From an uncultured Gemmatimonadaceae bacterium (GTDB lineage: Bacteria > Gemmatimonadota > Gemmatimonadetes > Gemmatimonadales > Gemmatimonadaceae), in the NCBI GenBank assembly GCA_963817955.1, contig CAWFQK010000004.1, positions 1,184,001-1,248,000 of the forward strand: a stretch of 64,000 bases of DNA, written 5' to 3'. The notes under the pieces are model-generated. The model did no database searches. It was not told the origin of the DNA and worked only from the letters and a program-made list of their open reading frames with translations. Shown here piece by piece: positions 25,379 through 33,792 of this stretch (its first letter is position 1; every line of letters starts with the position of its first letter). A program made the position numbers and the translations under genes.

Positions 25379-28300
25379 CTACCGATCCTTCATTGGTGCC
25401 AGGACAGAGACATCGCCCGGTGCAACGCGCACCACACGAAGCACCTGTGTCTGTTTCTGACCATTCACGTCGAGCACTACGCGATACTCGCCGGTCTCCA
25501 CGCTCTGGTTGGCGCCTCGGCCAAAGCCGCCCCCACCCCCGCCACCGCCGGCGCCGCGTCCGCCTGCGCCGCCGCGTCCCGCAGCCTCTTCGCGTTCCGG
25601 CGCCGTCGGGCTGCCCGTGGTATCCGCAGCCGCGATAGACTCAGCCGGCCGTGGATTGAATCCCGCAGGGAAGCCGGCCACGTTCACCGGACCCTCGGCC
25701 GCGCCGCGCCCGCCGCCAAACCCGCCCGCACCGCCTCGACCGCCGCCCGCGAATGTTTGATTGCCGGTGGCGACGAGATTCCATGACACGCGGTTCACGC
25801 CGGACACGTTCGTCCCAGTGAGCCGCGCGATGGTATCGCCCGCCGCGTTGACAATCATCACGTGTGGCGCCGAGGCCGCCGGCGCCGCGAGGCGATACTC
25901 GATGTCCGCGCCGCTCGAGCCGCCATCGCCCTTCCACGGCCGCTGCGCACGCGTCTCCGAGCCGGCCAGCATCTGGCCGGACGCGAATGCCACCGTCGGC
26001 GCGAACAGGTGGGCCGGCGCCGACAGCGCAGCCGCGGTCATCTGCTGCAGCGGTGCGACGTCGAGAATCTGCACGGCACGGCCATGCGTCGCGGCAATCA
26101 ACTCGTGATCGCGCGGGTGAATCTTGAGATCGAACACCGGCACCGTCGGTAGATTGCTCTCGAGTGGGAACCAGCTCTGCCCCTTGTTGAGCGACGCGAA
26201 AACACCCGTCTCAGTACCCGCATAGAGCAGATTCGCATTGACAGGATCTTCGCGAATCACATAGACACTGCCCGGCCGGTCGGTGGGCAGATTCGACGCG
26301 ATCGAGTGAAACGTCTTGCCAAAATCGTTCGAGACGAACAGGTAGGGCTTGAAGTCGTTGCGCCGGTGATTGTCGAGCGCGACATACACCGTGCCCAAAT
26401 CAAAGTGCGACGGCTCGACGCCACTGACCTGCGTCATCGACGGCACGCCAGCAAAGCGGTCACTGAGATCCTCCCAGCGGCCGCCATCGTTCCGCGTGAG
26501 CCAGACCTTGCCGTCGTCGGTACCGACGTAGAGCATCCCGGCGCGCATGGGCGATTCAGTCATGACGACGATCGTAGCGTTCTCTTCGGCGCCGGTTGCG
26601 TCTCGCGTGATGCCCCCCGATGCGTCGGAGGCCGCATTGCCCTCGGCATCGAACCCACTCGATACCCGGAGCCACGTGGGGTCGTGCGCCGTGAGGTCGG
26701 GCGAGATGGCAATAGGGTCGCGCCCTTTCTTCACCGATTTGAACACCTTCTCGGCGCCACTGTAGAATACGTTGGCATCGTGCTCGGATAGGAAGAACGG
26801 AGTGTTCCAGTTCCAGCGAAGCGCGACATTGGGATCGGACATATCGCGGTTCATGCGCACGCGAATGTCGGCGATCTGCTTTGATTGTTCCGCGGTGAGC
26901 TGCCCACCGGCCGCCTGCGCCTTGATCGCCGCAATCTGTCCACCGTACGTCGCGATGTTCACCGTGCGCGGACGGATGTTGAGGACTTCGCCGCTCACGA
27001 CGTTTCGGCGGGTGATGTTGCCGCCCTGGGACTCGTAGTACACGAGGTTCGGGTCGATCGGATCCTGCGCCGTATAGAGGCCGTCCGCGGCGTTCACCGC
27101 GAACCAATCCGTCATCTGCAACTGGCCGTTCCGCCGGCGACTCCACCCACACGAGGAGCCGTTGTCCTGCAGACCGCCGCACACGCGATACGGCACCTGG
27201 TAGTCGTAGCTGACGACGTAGAACTGGCCCATGGCCATGTTGTTCATTGAGTCGTACGTGCCGCCGCGATCCCAGGTCTGGAAGATTCCTGCGTCACCGC
27301 CAATGATGTAGTGCTCGGGATCGTTCGGATCGATCCACATGGCGTGATAGTCTTCATGGTTCCCGACCATGCCCGTGCGCCACGAGTACCCGCCATCATC
27401 AGAGAACTGAAAATCCACTGCCATGCGGTAGATGCGATTGGGATTCTTCGGATCCACCCGCACCTGCGAGAAGTAGAACGGCCGGTTGTCCACGGTGCTC
27501 ATCCACTTCCAGGTGCGGCCGGCGTCGTTCGAGCGGTACAGACCACTCAGCAAGCGCTGCGGTTTCGCTCCGCGCGCCGAATCCGCCTCCACCATCACAT
27601 AGACGATGTTCGGATCGCTGTGCGCGATCTGAATGTTCATGCGACCCTTTTCCGTTTCCGGAAAGCCGCCGCCCTTGATCTCGCGCCAGCTCTTCCCGCC
27701 GTCGGTCGTCTTCCAGAGCGCCGACCCCGGTCCCCCGCTCTTCAGAAAGTACGGTCCGCGCGACCGCTCCCAGGACGCGGCATACAGCGTGTTCGGATCC
27801 CGCGGGTCCATGGCCACGTCGATGAAGCCCGCCTTGTCGCTCACGAACTTGCTGAGCTGCCAGGTCTTCCCGCCGTCGACAGTCTTGTAGAGGCCACGCT
27901 CGGCATTCGACGACCATGTGGCGCCGACCGCTGCGACATAGGCAATGTCCGGATTGGTCGGATGAACGATGATGCGCCCGATGTGCTGGGTCTTCTCGAG
28001 CCCCAGCGACTGCCAGGTGATGCCGCCGTCGATGGACTTGTACATGCCCCACCCCGGCGCGACGCTGTTGCGCGAGTTCCCTTCCCCCGTGCCGGCGTAA
28101 ATGATCTTTGGATTGCTCGGCGCAATGGCGATGTCGCCCATCGACGCAATCGGGCCTTTCTCCCAGAGCGGGATGAACGTGGTACCGGCGTTGATCGTCT
28201 TCCAGATGCCGCCGGTGGCGCCAGTGACGTAGAACACTTTCGGGTTCTTGGGATCGCCTTCGACGTCGGTGATTCGCCCAGCCATGTTCACCGGGCCAAT

Positions 28301-28402
28301 GGAGCGCCAGCGCATGGTCGCGAGCGTAGCGGCGTCCGGCGTTTGAGCCGCGAGCTGGGTCGCGGCGGCCGAGAGGAGGAGGAGCGAGGTTATCGGTCGC
28401 AT
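25379..28402 (-). CDS. VPS10/sortilin-like BNR repeat protein (paralog 2)
   Basis: WRSIGPVNMAGRI, multiple Asp-boxes, GGLQDNG, ATHGR. Signal peptide from the ATG at 28402. Confidence 0.88.
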   Translation of the reverse strand: MRPITSLLLLSAAATQLAAQTPDAATLATMRWRSIGPVNMAGRITDVEGDPKNPKVFYVTGATGGIWKTINAGTTFIPLWEKGPIASMGDIAIAPSNPKIIYAGTGEGNSRNSVAPGWGMYKSIDGGITWQSLGLEKTQHIGRIIVHPTNPDIAYVAAVGATWSSNAERGLYKTVDGGKTWQLSKFVSDKAGFIDVAMDPRDPNTLYAASWERSRGPYFLKSGGPGSALWKTTDGGKSWREIKGGGFPETEKGRMNIQIAHSDPNIVYVMVEADSARGAKPQRLLSGLYRSNDAGRTWKWMSTVDNRPFYFSQVRVDPKNPNRIYRMAVDFQFSDDGGYSWRTGMVGNHEDYHAMWIDPNDPEHYIIGGDAGIFQTWDRGGTYDSMNNMAMGQFYVVSYDYQVPYRVCGGLQDNGSSCGWSRRRNGQLQMTDWFAVNAADGLYTAQDPIDPNLVYYESQGGNITRRNVVSGEVLNIRPRTVNIATYGGQIAAIKAQAAGGQLTAEQSKQIADIRVRMNRDMSDPNVALRWNWNTPFFLSEHDANVFYSGAEKVFKSVKKGRDPIAISPDLTAHDPTWLRVSSGFDAEGNAASDASGGITRDATGAEENATIVVMTESPMRAGMLYVGTDDGKVWLTRNDGGRWEDLSDRFAGVPSMTQVSGVEPSHFDLGTVYVALDNHRRNDFKPYLFVSNDFGKTFHSIASNLPTDRPGSVYVIREDPVNANLLYAGTETGVFASLNKGQSWFPLESNLPTVPVFDLKIHPRDHELIAATHGRAVQILDVAPLQQMTAAALSAPAHLFAPTVAFASGQMLAGSETRAQRPWKGDGGSSGADIEYRLAAPAASAPHVMIVNAAGDTIARLTGTNVSGVNRVSWNLVATGNQTFAGGGRGGAGGFGGGRGAAEGPVNVAGFPAGFNPRPAESIAAADTTGSPTAPEREEAAGRGGAGGRGAGGGGGGGGFGRGANQSVETGEYRVVLDVNGQKQTQVLRVVRVAPGDVSVLAPMKDR

Positions 28403-28569
28403 GGAGGATTGAATGTCAGGGGTGCACATACTATTCAACGCGCGATGGACGCTCGGCGCTGTAATACACGCGCATCCTTCTCACGCGAGGTAATTGGCGT
28501 CAGATTCGTTCGCCGCGCAAATCACTCGGCGATCGGTACGCGGAGCAGTGAGCTGTATTAGCTTTACAT

Positions 28570-29982
28570 GTGTCTTTCTCATCTCTCAAGCTCCACCGCG
28601 ATCTGCTACGCGGAATCAAGGAGCTCGGCTTCACCCGCCCCACGCCCATTCAGGACGACGCGATTCCCGCGGCGATCGACGGGCGAGACGTTCTCGCGTG
28701 CGCAGCGACCGGAAGCGGCAAGACCGCTGCGTTCCTGCTGCCCATTGTCCATCAACTGATCGACAAGCGGCGCGGCACCACGCGCGCCCTCGTCGTTACG
28801 CCTACCCGCGAACTCGCCGCACAGATCGTCCAGGAGTTCGAGCAGCTCACGGTGCATACGCCTGTCACGGCGGCCGCGGTATTCGGCGGCGTCGGCATGG
28901 GACCCCAGGAGCATGCCTTCCGTACCGGCGTCGATGTCCTCGTCGCCACACCCGGACGCTTGCTCGACCATCTCAAGCATTCCTACGCCAAGCTCGACGG
29001 TATCGAGCATCTCGTGCTCGATGAAGCCGACCGGATGCTCGACATGGGATTCCTGCCGGATATCAAGCGCCTGCTGAAATATCTACCGGCCAAACGCCAG
29101 ACGCTCTTTTTCAGCGCCACGATGCCGGCGCCGATCCTCGCGCTCACGCGCGACCTGCTCCATAACCCGGCGACGATCAATCTTCAACGCAAGCAGGCGC
29201 CCGCCGCGGGCATCACGCAGGCGATCTACCCAGTGGCGCAGGAGCTCAAGACCTCGCTCCTCCTCGCATTGCTCGAGCGCAATATCATGCAGGAAGCGCT
29301 CGTGTTCACACGCACCAAGCACCGCGCCAACCGCCTGTGGGAGTACCTCAACAAGCGCGGGATCAACGTAGCACGTATCCACGGGAACCGCTCGCAGGCA
29401 CAGCGCACCGAAGCGCTCGATGGGTTCAAGGGCGGACGTTACCGCGTCCTCGTTGCCACCGACATTGCCGCGCGCGGCATTGACGTCGAAGCACTCGGCC
29501 ACGTCGTCAACTTTGACGTGCCTGGGGCGCCGGAAGACTACATCCACCGCGTGGGCCGCACGGCGCGCGCCGAGCTGACTGGCGAGGCGTTCACCTTCGT
29601 GTCACCCGAGGAAATGGACGACCTGCGCTCCATTGAGCGCGCGATTGCCAAGGCGCTGCCGCGTGTGACGCTCCCCGATTTCGACTACTCAGCCAAACCT
29701 GCCGCCAAGCTCGAGGTGCCGATTGCCGAGCGCATCGCGGCCATTCGTGCTCGCAAGGCAGACGAGCGCGCACGCGCCAAAGCGAAAGCGGCGCGTGGAC
29801 CGGCCCCGGCCCGGCCTAGATCGGGAGCCGCCGCAGCCAAGAGTGAGTCGGGTCCTAGCGACGGTGCGCGCAGTAGGTCACGACGTCGCCGCGGTAGCAG
29901 CAGCAGCGGTGGCGGAAATACCGGTGCTGGAGGGGGGCATCGCTCCGGCGGCCGCGATTCACGCGGACCCTACGCGGACTAG
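28570..29982 (+). CDS. rhlE: DEAD-box RNA helicase (RhlE-like)
   Basis: Q motif PTPIQ, ATGSGKT, PTRELA, TPGRL, DEAD, SAT, ARGID, HRVGRTAR, basic C-tail. GTG start. Confidence 0.93.
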   Translation: MSFSSLKLHRDLLRGIKELGFTRPTPIQDDAIPAAIDGRDVLACAATGSGKTAAFLLPIVHQLIDKRRGTTRALVVTPTRELAAQIVQEFEQLTVHTPVTAAAVFGGVGMGPQEHAFRTGVDVLVATPGRLLDHLKHSYAKLDGIEHLVLDEADRMLDMGFLPDIKRLLKYLPAKRQTLFFSATMPAPILALTRDLLHNPATINLQRKQAPAAGITQAIYPVAQELKTSLLLALLERNIMQEALVFTRTKHRANRLWEYLNKRGINVARIHGNRSQAQRTEALDGFKGGRYRVLVATDIAARGIDVEALGHVVNFDVPGAPEDYIHRVGRTARAELTGEAFTFVSPEEMDDLRSIERAIAKALPRVTLPDFDYSAKPAAKLEVPIAERIAAIRARKADERARAKAKAARGPAPARPRSGAAAAKSESGPSDGARSRSRRRRGSSSSGGGNTGAGGGHRSGGRDSRGPYAD

Positions 29983-30284
29983 GGGACGTCGGTCTCGCTG
30001 CGCCGCCGGATCACCGGCGGCACAGCAGACCGCACCTCGAGCGACGGATCGAGCGACGGATCGAGCTCGGCGCCCGCGCGGTCGAGACTTTCACCGCGCG
30101 GGAGGGAACGCCCTCCGCCGCGCAACCAGCGAGACGCAGCCACACCTACGCCCAGCACGCCACCAGCGACGGCGAGCGTAGCGAGCAATGCGAATCCGAC
30201 CATGAGGAGCGCAGCCCCGAGGCCGAGGGCCACGACGCCGAGCCCGGTGGCAGCGGCGCGATTGCGGACGGTGAAGGTGGGCAT
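29979..30284 (-). CDS. Small membrane protein (2 TM), hypothetical
   Basis: Long hydrophobic hairpin, ATG start, 4-nt convergent overlap with the helicase stop. Confidence 0.6.
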   Translation of the reverse strand: MPTFTVRNRAAATGLGVVALGLGAALLMVGFALLATLAVAGGVLGVGVAASRWLRGGGRSLPRGESLDRAGAELDPSLDPSLEVRSAVPPVIRRRSETDVP

Positions 30285-30342
30285 GAAGTCAAAAGAAATA
30301 GGAATGGACGCGAGTCGCTAGCCCGAATTTCTCACATCGCTA

Positions 30343-30372
30343 TTGCTAAACGGCTGCCTGCGGTGGTATAAG
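30343..30372 (+). promoter_or_regulatory. Putative transposase promoter
   Basis: TTGCTA, 18-nt spacer ending in TGG, TATAAG (extended -10-like). Confidence 0.5.
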
Positions 30373-30417
30373 GGCTTTATCTAGAAGACCTTAACATCCA
30401 CTGCGAGGCAGCCGTTT

Positions 30418-31821
30418 ATGCAGACAGAGTGTACGGCGGACACCCTGCAATTTCAAGCGGTCGGCGGGCGGGCGGTACGTGCCCGGTTTGACGGCGGTGC
30501 GCTGACCTCCGATGGGGGGGCGGTGCTCCTGCGCGAGGTGGATCGGGCAACGGGGATCCTTGGACGTTTCGCGGACTGCTTCACCGACCACCGCGATCCG
30601 GCGCGCGTGACGCACTCGGTGGTGGCGCTCGTGCGGCAGCGGGTGTATGGGCTCGCGCTCGGCTACGAGGATCTGAACGACCACGACGCGTTACGGCGCG
30701 ATCCGCTCCTGGCCGTGCTCGCGGAGGCTGACGATCTCACCGCGCCGCTGGCGGGGAAGAGCACGCTCAACCGCCTCGAACTGAGCGCGGCCACGGTGGG
30801 CGGACAGGAACGCTACAAGAAGATCACCGTGGATCATGCGGCGATCGACCGGCACCTGGTCACGCTGTTCCTCGAGGCCCACGCCACGCCGCCCGAGGCG
30901 ATCGTGCTCGATCTCGACGCCACGGACGATCCGGTGCACGGCGAGCAGGAGGGACGTTTCTTTCACGGCTATTACGGCCACTACTGCTACCTGCCGCTCT
31001 ACATCTTCGCTGGCGAGCATCTGCTGTGCGCGCGCTTGCGGTCGGCCAGCATCGACGCGAGTGCGGGGAGTGTGGACGAACTCACGCGGATCGTCGCCCA
31101 GGTCCGGGAGGTGTGGCCGGACGTGCGGATCACGGTGCGGGCCGACAGTGGCTTCTGCCGCGAGACGATCATGGCGTGGTGCGAGCAGCAGGCAGTGGAC
31201 TACGTGCTGGGGCTGGCGAAGAACACGCGCCTCACGGCGCGGATCGCCGACGAGCTGCGCGCGGTCGAGACCGAGAGCGTCGCCACCGGCACGCCGGCGC
31301 GGTGCTTCGCGGAACTGACCTACGAGACCCTCGACAGCTGGAGCCGCGTGCGGCGGGTGGTGGCCAAGGCGGAGTATCTGCCCACGGCAGGCGCCAGTGG
31401 CGAGGGTAAAGCGAACCCGCGCTTCGTCGTGACCTCGCTCCCGATCGCGGCGCTCGACGCCCAGGCGCTCTACGAGGAGCTCTACTGCGCGCGCGGCGAG
31501 ATGGAGAACCGGATCAAGGAGCAGCAGCTCATGCTCTTCGCCGATCGCACGAGTGCGGCCACGATGCGGGCGAACCAGCTCCGGCTCTATTACTCGTCGC
31601 TCGCGTACGTCTTACTGCACGCGCTCCGGCGGCTCGGCCTCGTCGGCACCGATCTCGCGCGGGCGCAGTGCCAGACGATTCGGCTCACGCTTTTGAAGAT
31701 CGGGGCGCGCCTGCGGGTGACGGTGCGCAACGTCTGGCTCGCGCTGGCCACGGGGTGCCCGCACGCGGCGCTCTTTGCGCGTGTACATGCCACCCTGGTC
31801 GCGCTGCCGATGCGCCGCTAA
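30418..31821 (+). CDS. IS1380-family DDE transposase
   Basis: FDGG.LTSDGG, GYEDLND...LR.DP, LDLDATDDPVHG.QEG, VRADSGF, Y..RGEMENRIKE. Confidence 0.95.
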   Translation: MQTECTADTLQFQAVGGRAVRARFDGGALTSDGGAVLLREVDRATGILGRFADCFTDHRDPARVTHSVVALVRQRVYGLALGYEDLNDHDALRRDPLLAVLAEADDLTAPLAGKSTLNRLELSAATVGGQERYKKITVDHAAIDRHLVTLFLEAHATPPEAIVLDLDATDDPVHGEQEGRFFHGYYGHYCYLPLYIFAGEHLLCARLRSASIDASAGSVDELTRIVAQVREVWPDVRITVRADSGFCRETIMAWCEQQAVDYVLGLAKNTRLTARIADELRAVETESVATGTPARCFAELTYETLDSWSRVRRVVAKAEYLPTAGASGEGKANPRFVVTSLPIAALDAQALYEELYCARGEMENRIKEQQLMLFADRTSAATMRANQLRLYYSSLAYVLLHALRRLGLVGTDLARAQCQTIRLTLLKIGARLRVTVRNVWLALATGCPHAALFARVHATLVALPMRR

Positions 31822-32072
31822 CGCATAGGCGCCTCACCGCCCTCGCCGGATCCCTCCCGTCGCACACCGCCGCGGGGGACACTCGTCGTCGCCCGGAGCG
31901 CCGCGCACGCGAGCGATCGCCCCGTCTACGCGAAAAACTGACCCCCTGGAGTTCGCGCCGCGCTCATATTCCACGCGAACACGGCGCGCATCCCGCACCG
32001 CGCCCAGCCAACGCGGCGCCCAGCCGAAAATCACCCGTCAACCAACACGTCGTGAGAAATTCAGGCTAGCTA

Positions 32073-32458
32073 GGGACACCGGCGTGGGACACGAGACACG
32101 AGACACGAGACACGAGACACTCACAACGCATAACTCACCACTGGACACTCGAAACTCGCCGACCGGTGGGCCGACCGCTACGGAGCAGCCAGCGACATCC
32201 AGCCGGCCAATACCCGGAGTCCAATCCGATCTCCCAGGTCCTTCGCTCAGGAGGACAGGCCGTCGCGGGTACAGTGATCAGGGGTGAGTTGTGAGTGGTG
32301 AGTGGTGAGTGGTGAGTTGTGAGTTGTGAGTATACGGGTCATGCGCACCAGGGCGCCTGGCTCGCAGGCCACTATCGCCGGTCGGCGAGGTTCGAGTTTC
32401 CAGTTGTGAGTTGTGCGTTGTGAGTGTCTCGTGTCCCGTGTCTCAGTTCCCGTGTCCC
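32073..32458. repeat. Composite inverted-heptamer element (copy 2, opposite orientation to copy 1)
   Basis: 32315-32394 is the exact reverse complement of 11979-12058 (80 bp). The arms, REP-like unit and second module are also conserved. Confidence 0.88.
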
Positions 32459-32462
32459 CCGT

Positions 32463-33503
32463 TCAGTACGACACCGCACACCCGCCCGATCCCGCATCGA
32501 CCCAATTCCGCTGCACGAGGAAGTTCTTCGCGCCGATCGCCATGTTGGCGGTGCCGCCGGCAGATGTCTTGTACGTCGAACCCCACGTCCACGCGCACTT
32601 GTCGGCGTTTTCATATCCACGGCGATCGTACCACGCGTTGCCCATCATGTCCGTCGTGGTCTCCTCGGTTTCGTGAGCGATCGTGTTGACCTCGTAGTCC
32701 GCGCCTGGATCGGGTGATCCGTTCGCCGGGGCATAGCCACTCGTGCATCCCGACGGATACGCGTAGTCGTAGGGCATCGCGGCGTAGAGCACCGTCTGCG
32801 ACACACCGTTGATCGTCACGGTGCCGTGCGTGTGGTACGCGCAGTACTGCGTGCCGAACCCGCCACCGAGATTCACCTTGCCGGCGGTGAAGATGGCGTA
32901 CAACGTGTTCGGATCGTACACGATCGCGCCCGAGGTGAAACCGCTCTGCAGCATCGAGATCATCTGGGCGTCGGTCACGGTCTGCGTCCCCGTGGGGACG
33001 TTCGTCGTGTTCGTCCAGTAGTGCGTGTAGTTGACGATATTGAGGACATGCGCACCCGAGGCGTTGTAATAGGTGGTGTTGATGTTGAAGTAGTTGGACC
33101 CACCAAGGTTGTTGAGGAAGTAGCCGACGAGCGATCCATCGCTCGAACCGGCACCGGTGCCGCTCGGCTGGCTCTTGTAAATGCCCGCGCCCCAATACAC
33201 GGCGACGACGTTCGTCGCGGCCTGAAGGACCGATCCTCCGTGGTAGTAGATGCCCGTGCCCGACGAGAACCCGAGCTTCAAGGCGTTGTCCGGAGCCTGA
33301 CTGGCAAACCACTGCTTCATGTGGAAGATGTGGCCCTTGCCACTCGGATCGTTGAACTCCGGTGAAAGGCTGAGACTCGGCGCGGTGGGGATGATGCTCC
33401 GGTTCGTGGGAGCGCTTGTCTGCTCCGAACAAGCGGCGAGGATGAGCGCCATGGCCGCACCCAACAAGGCCGTGCGGCGGTACACGAAGAATGAATGGGA
33501 CAT
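32463..33503 (-). CDS. Lipoprotein with a Phi-1/EXORDIUM-like domain
   Basis: Lipobox LAAC. YHGG.VL, YCAYH, IAHETEETTTD, ENADKCAW and FLVQRNW recall the phosphate-induced protein 1 family. GGAGG RBS before 33503. Confidence 0.72.
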   Translation of the reverse strand: MSHSFFVYRRTALLGAAMALILAACSEQTSAPTNRSIIPTAPSLSLSPEFNDPSGKGHIFHMKQWFASQAPDNALKLGFSSGTGIYYHGGSVLQAATNVVAVYWGAGIYKSQPSGTGAGSSDGSLVGYFLNNLGGSNYFNINTTYYNASGAHVLNIVNYTHYWTNTTNVPTGTQTVTDAQMISMLQSGFTSGAIVYDPNTLYAIFTAGKVNLGGGFGTQYCAYHTHGTVTINGVSQTVLYAAMPYDYAYPSGCTSGYAPANGSPDPGADYEVNTIAHETEETTTDMMGNAWYDRRGYENADKCAWTWGSTYKTSAGGTANMAIGAKNFLVQRNWVDAGSGGCAVSY

Positions 33504-33792
33504 CTTCCGACCTCCAACAAAGTGGTCGCGCGCCGACACTAATGGCGGAGCGCACTCGTACACGCCGCATCGTCGCAACGGTCATCCCGCTCAATTGCAC
33601 ACCTGGAAGTATGAAATGAAACAAACGTTCTCAAGGGACATAAAGGATTTCTTTGTGGATCAAATGGCGGTGACGTGCCGCGATTATCGGACTCAGCCGG
33701 GTTGCCTCGCGCCGTAACCGAGCGCCTATTACTAGAGCGCGTGTCCCACCGTTCTTCCATCAGCAGCAACCGAATTACCAGGAGATTCGTCC

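Larger units (their letters stand above)
30322..32065 (+). mobile_element. Complete IS1380-family insertion sequence (1744 bp)
   Basis: Terminal IRs CCCGAATTTCTCAC (30322-30335) and GTGAGAAATTCAGG (32052-32065) match 13/14. The direct repeat CTAG flanks both ends (30318-30321, 32066-32069). Confidence 0.92.
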
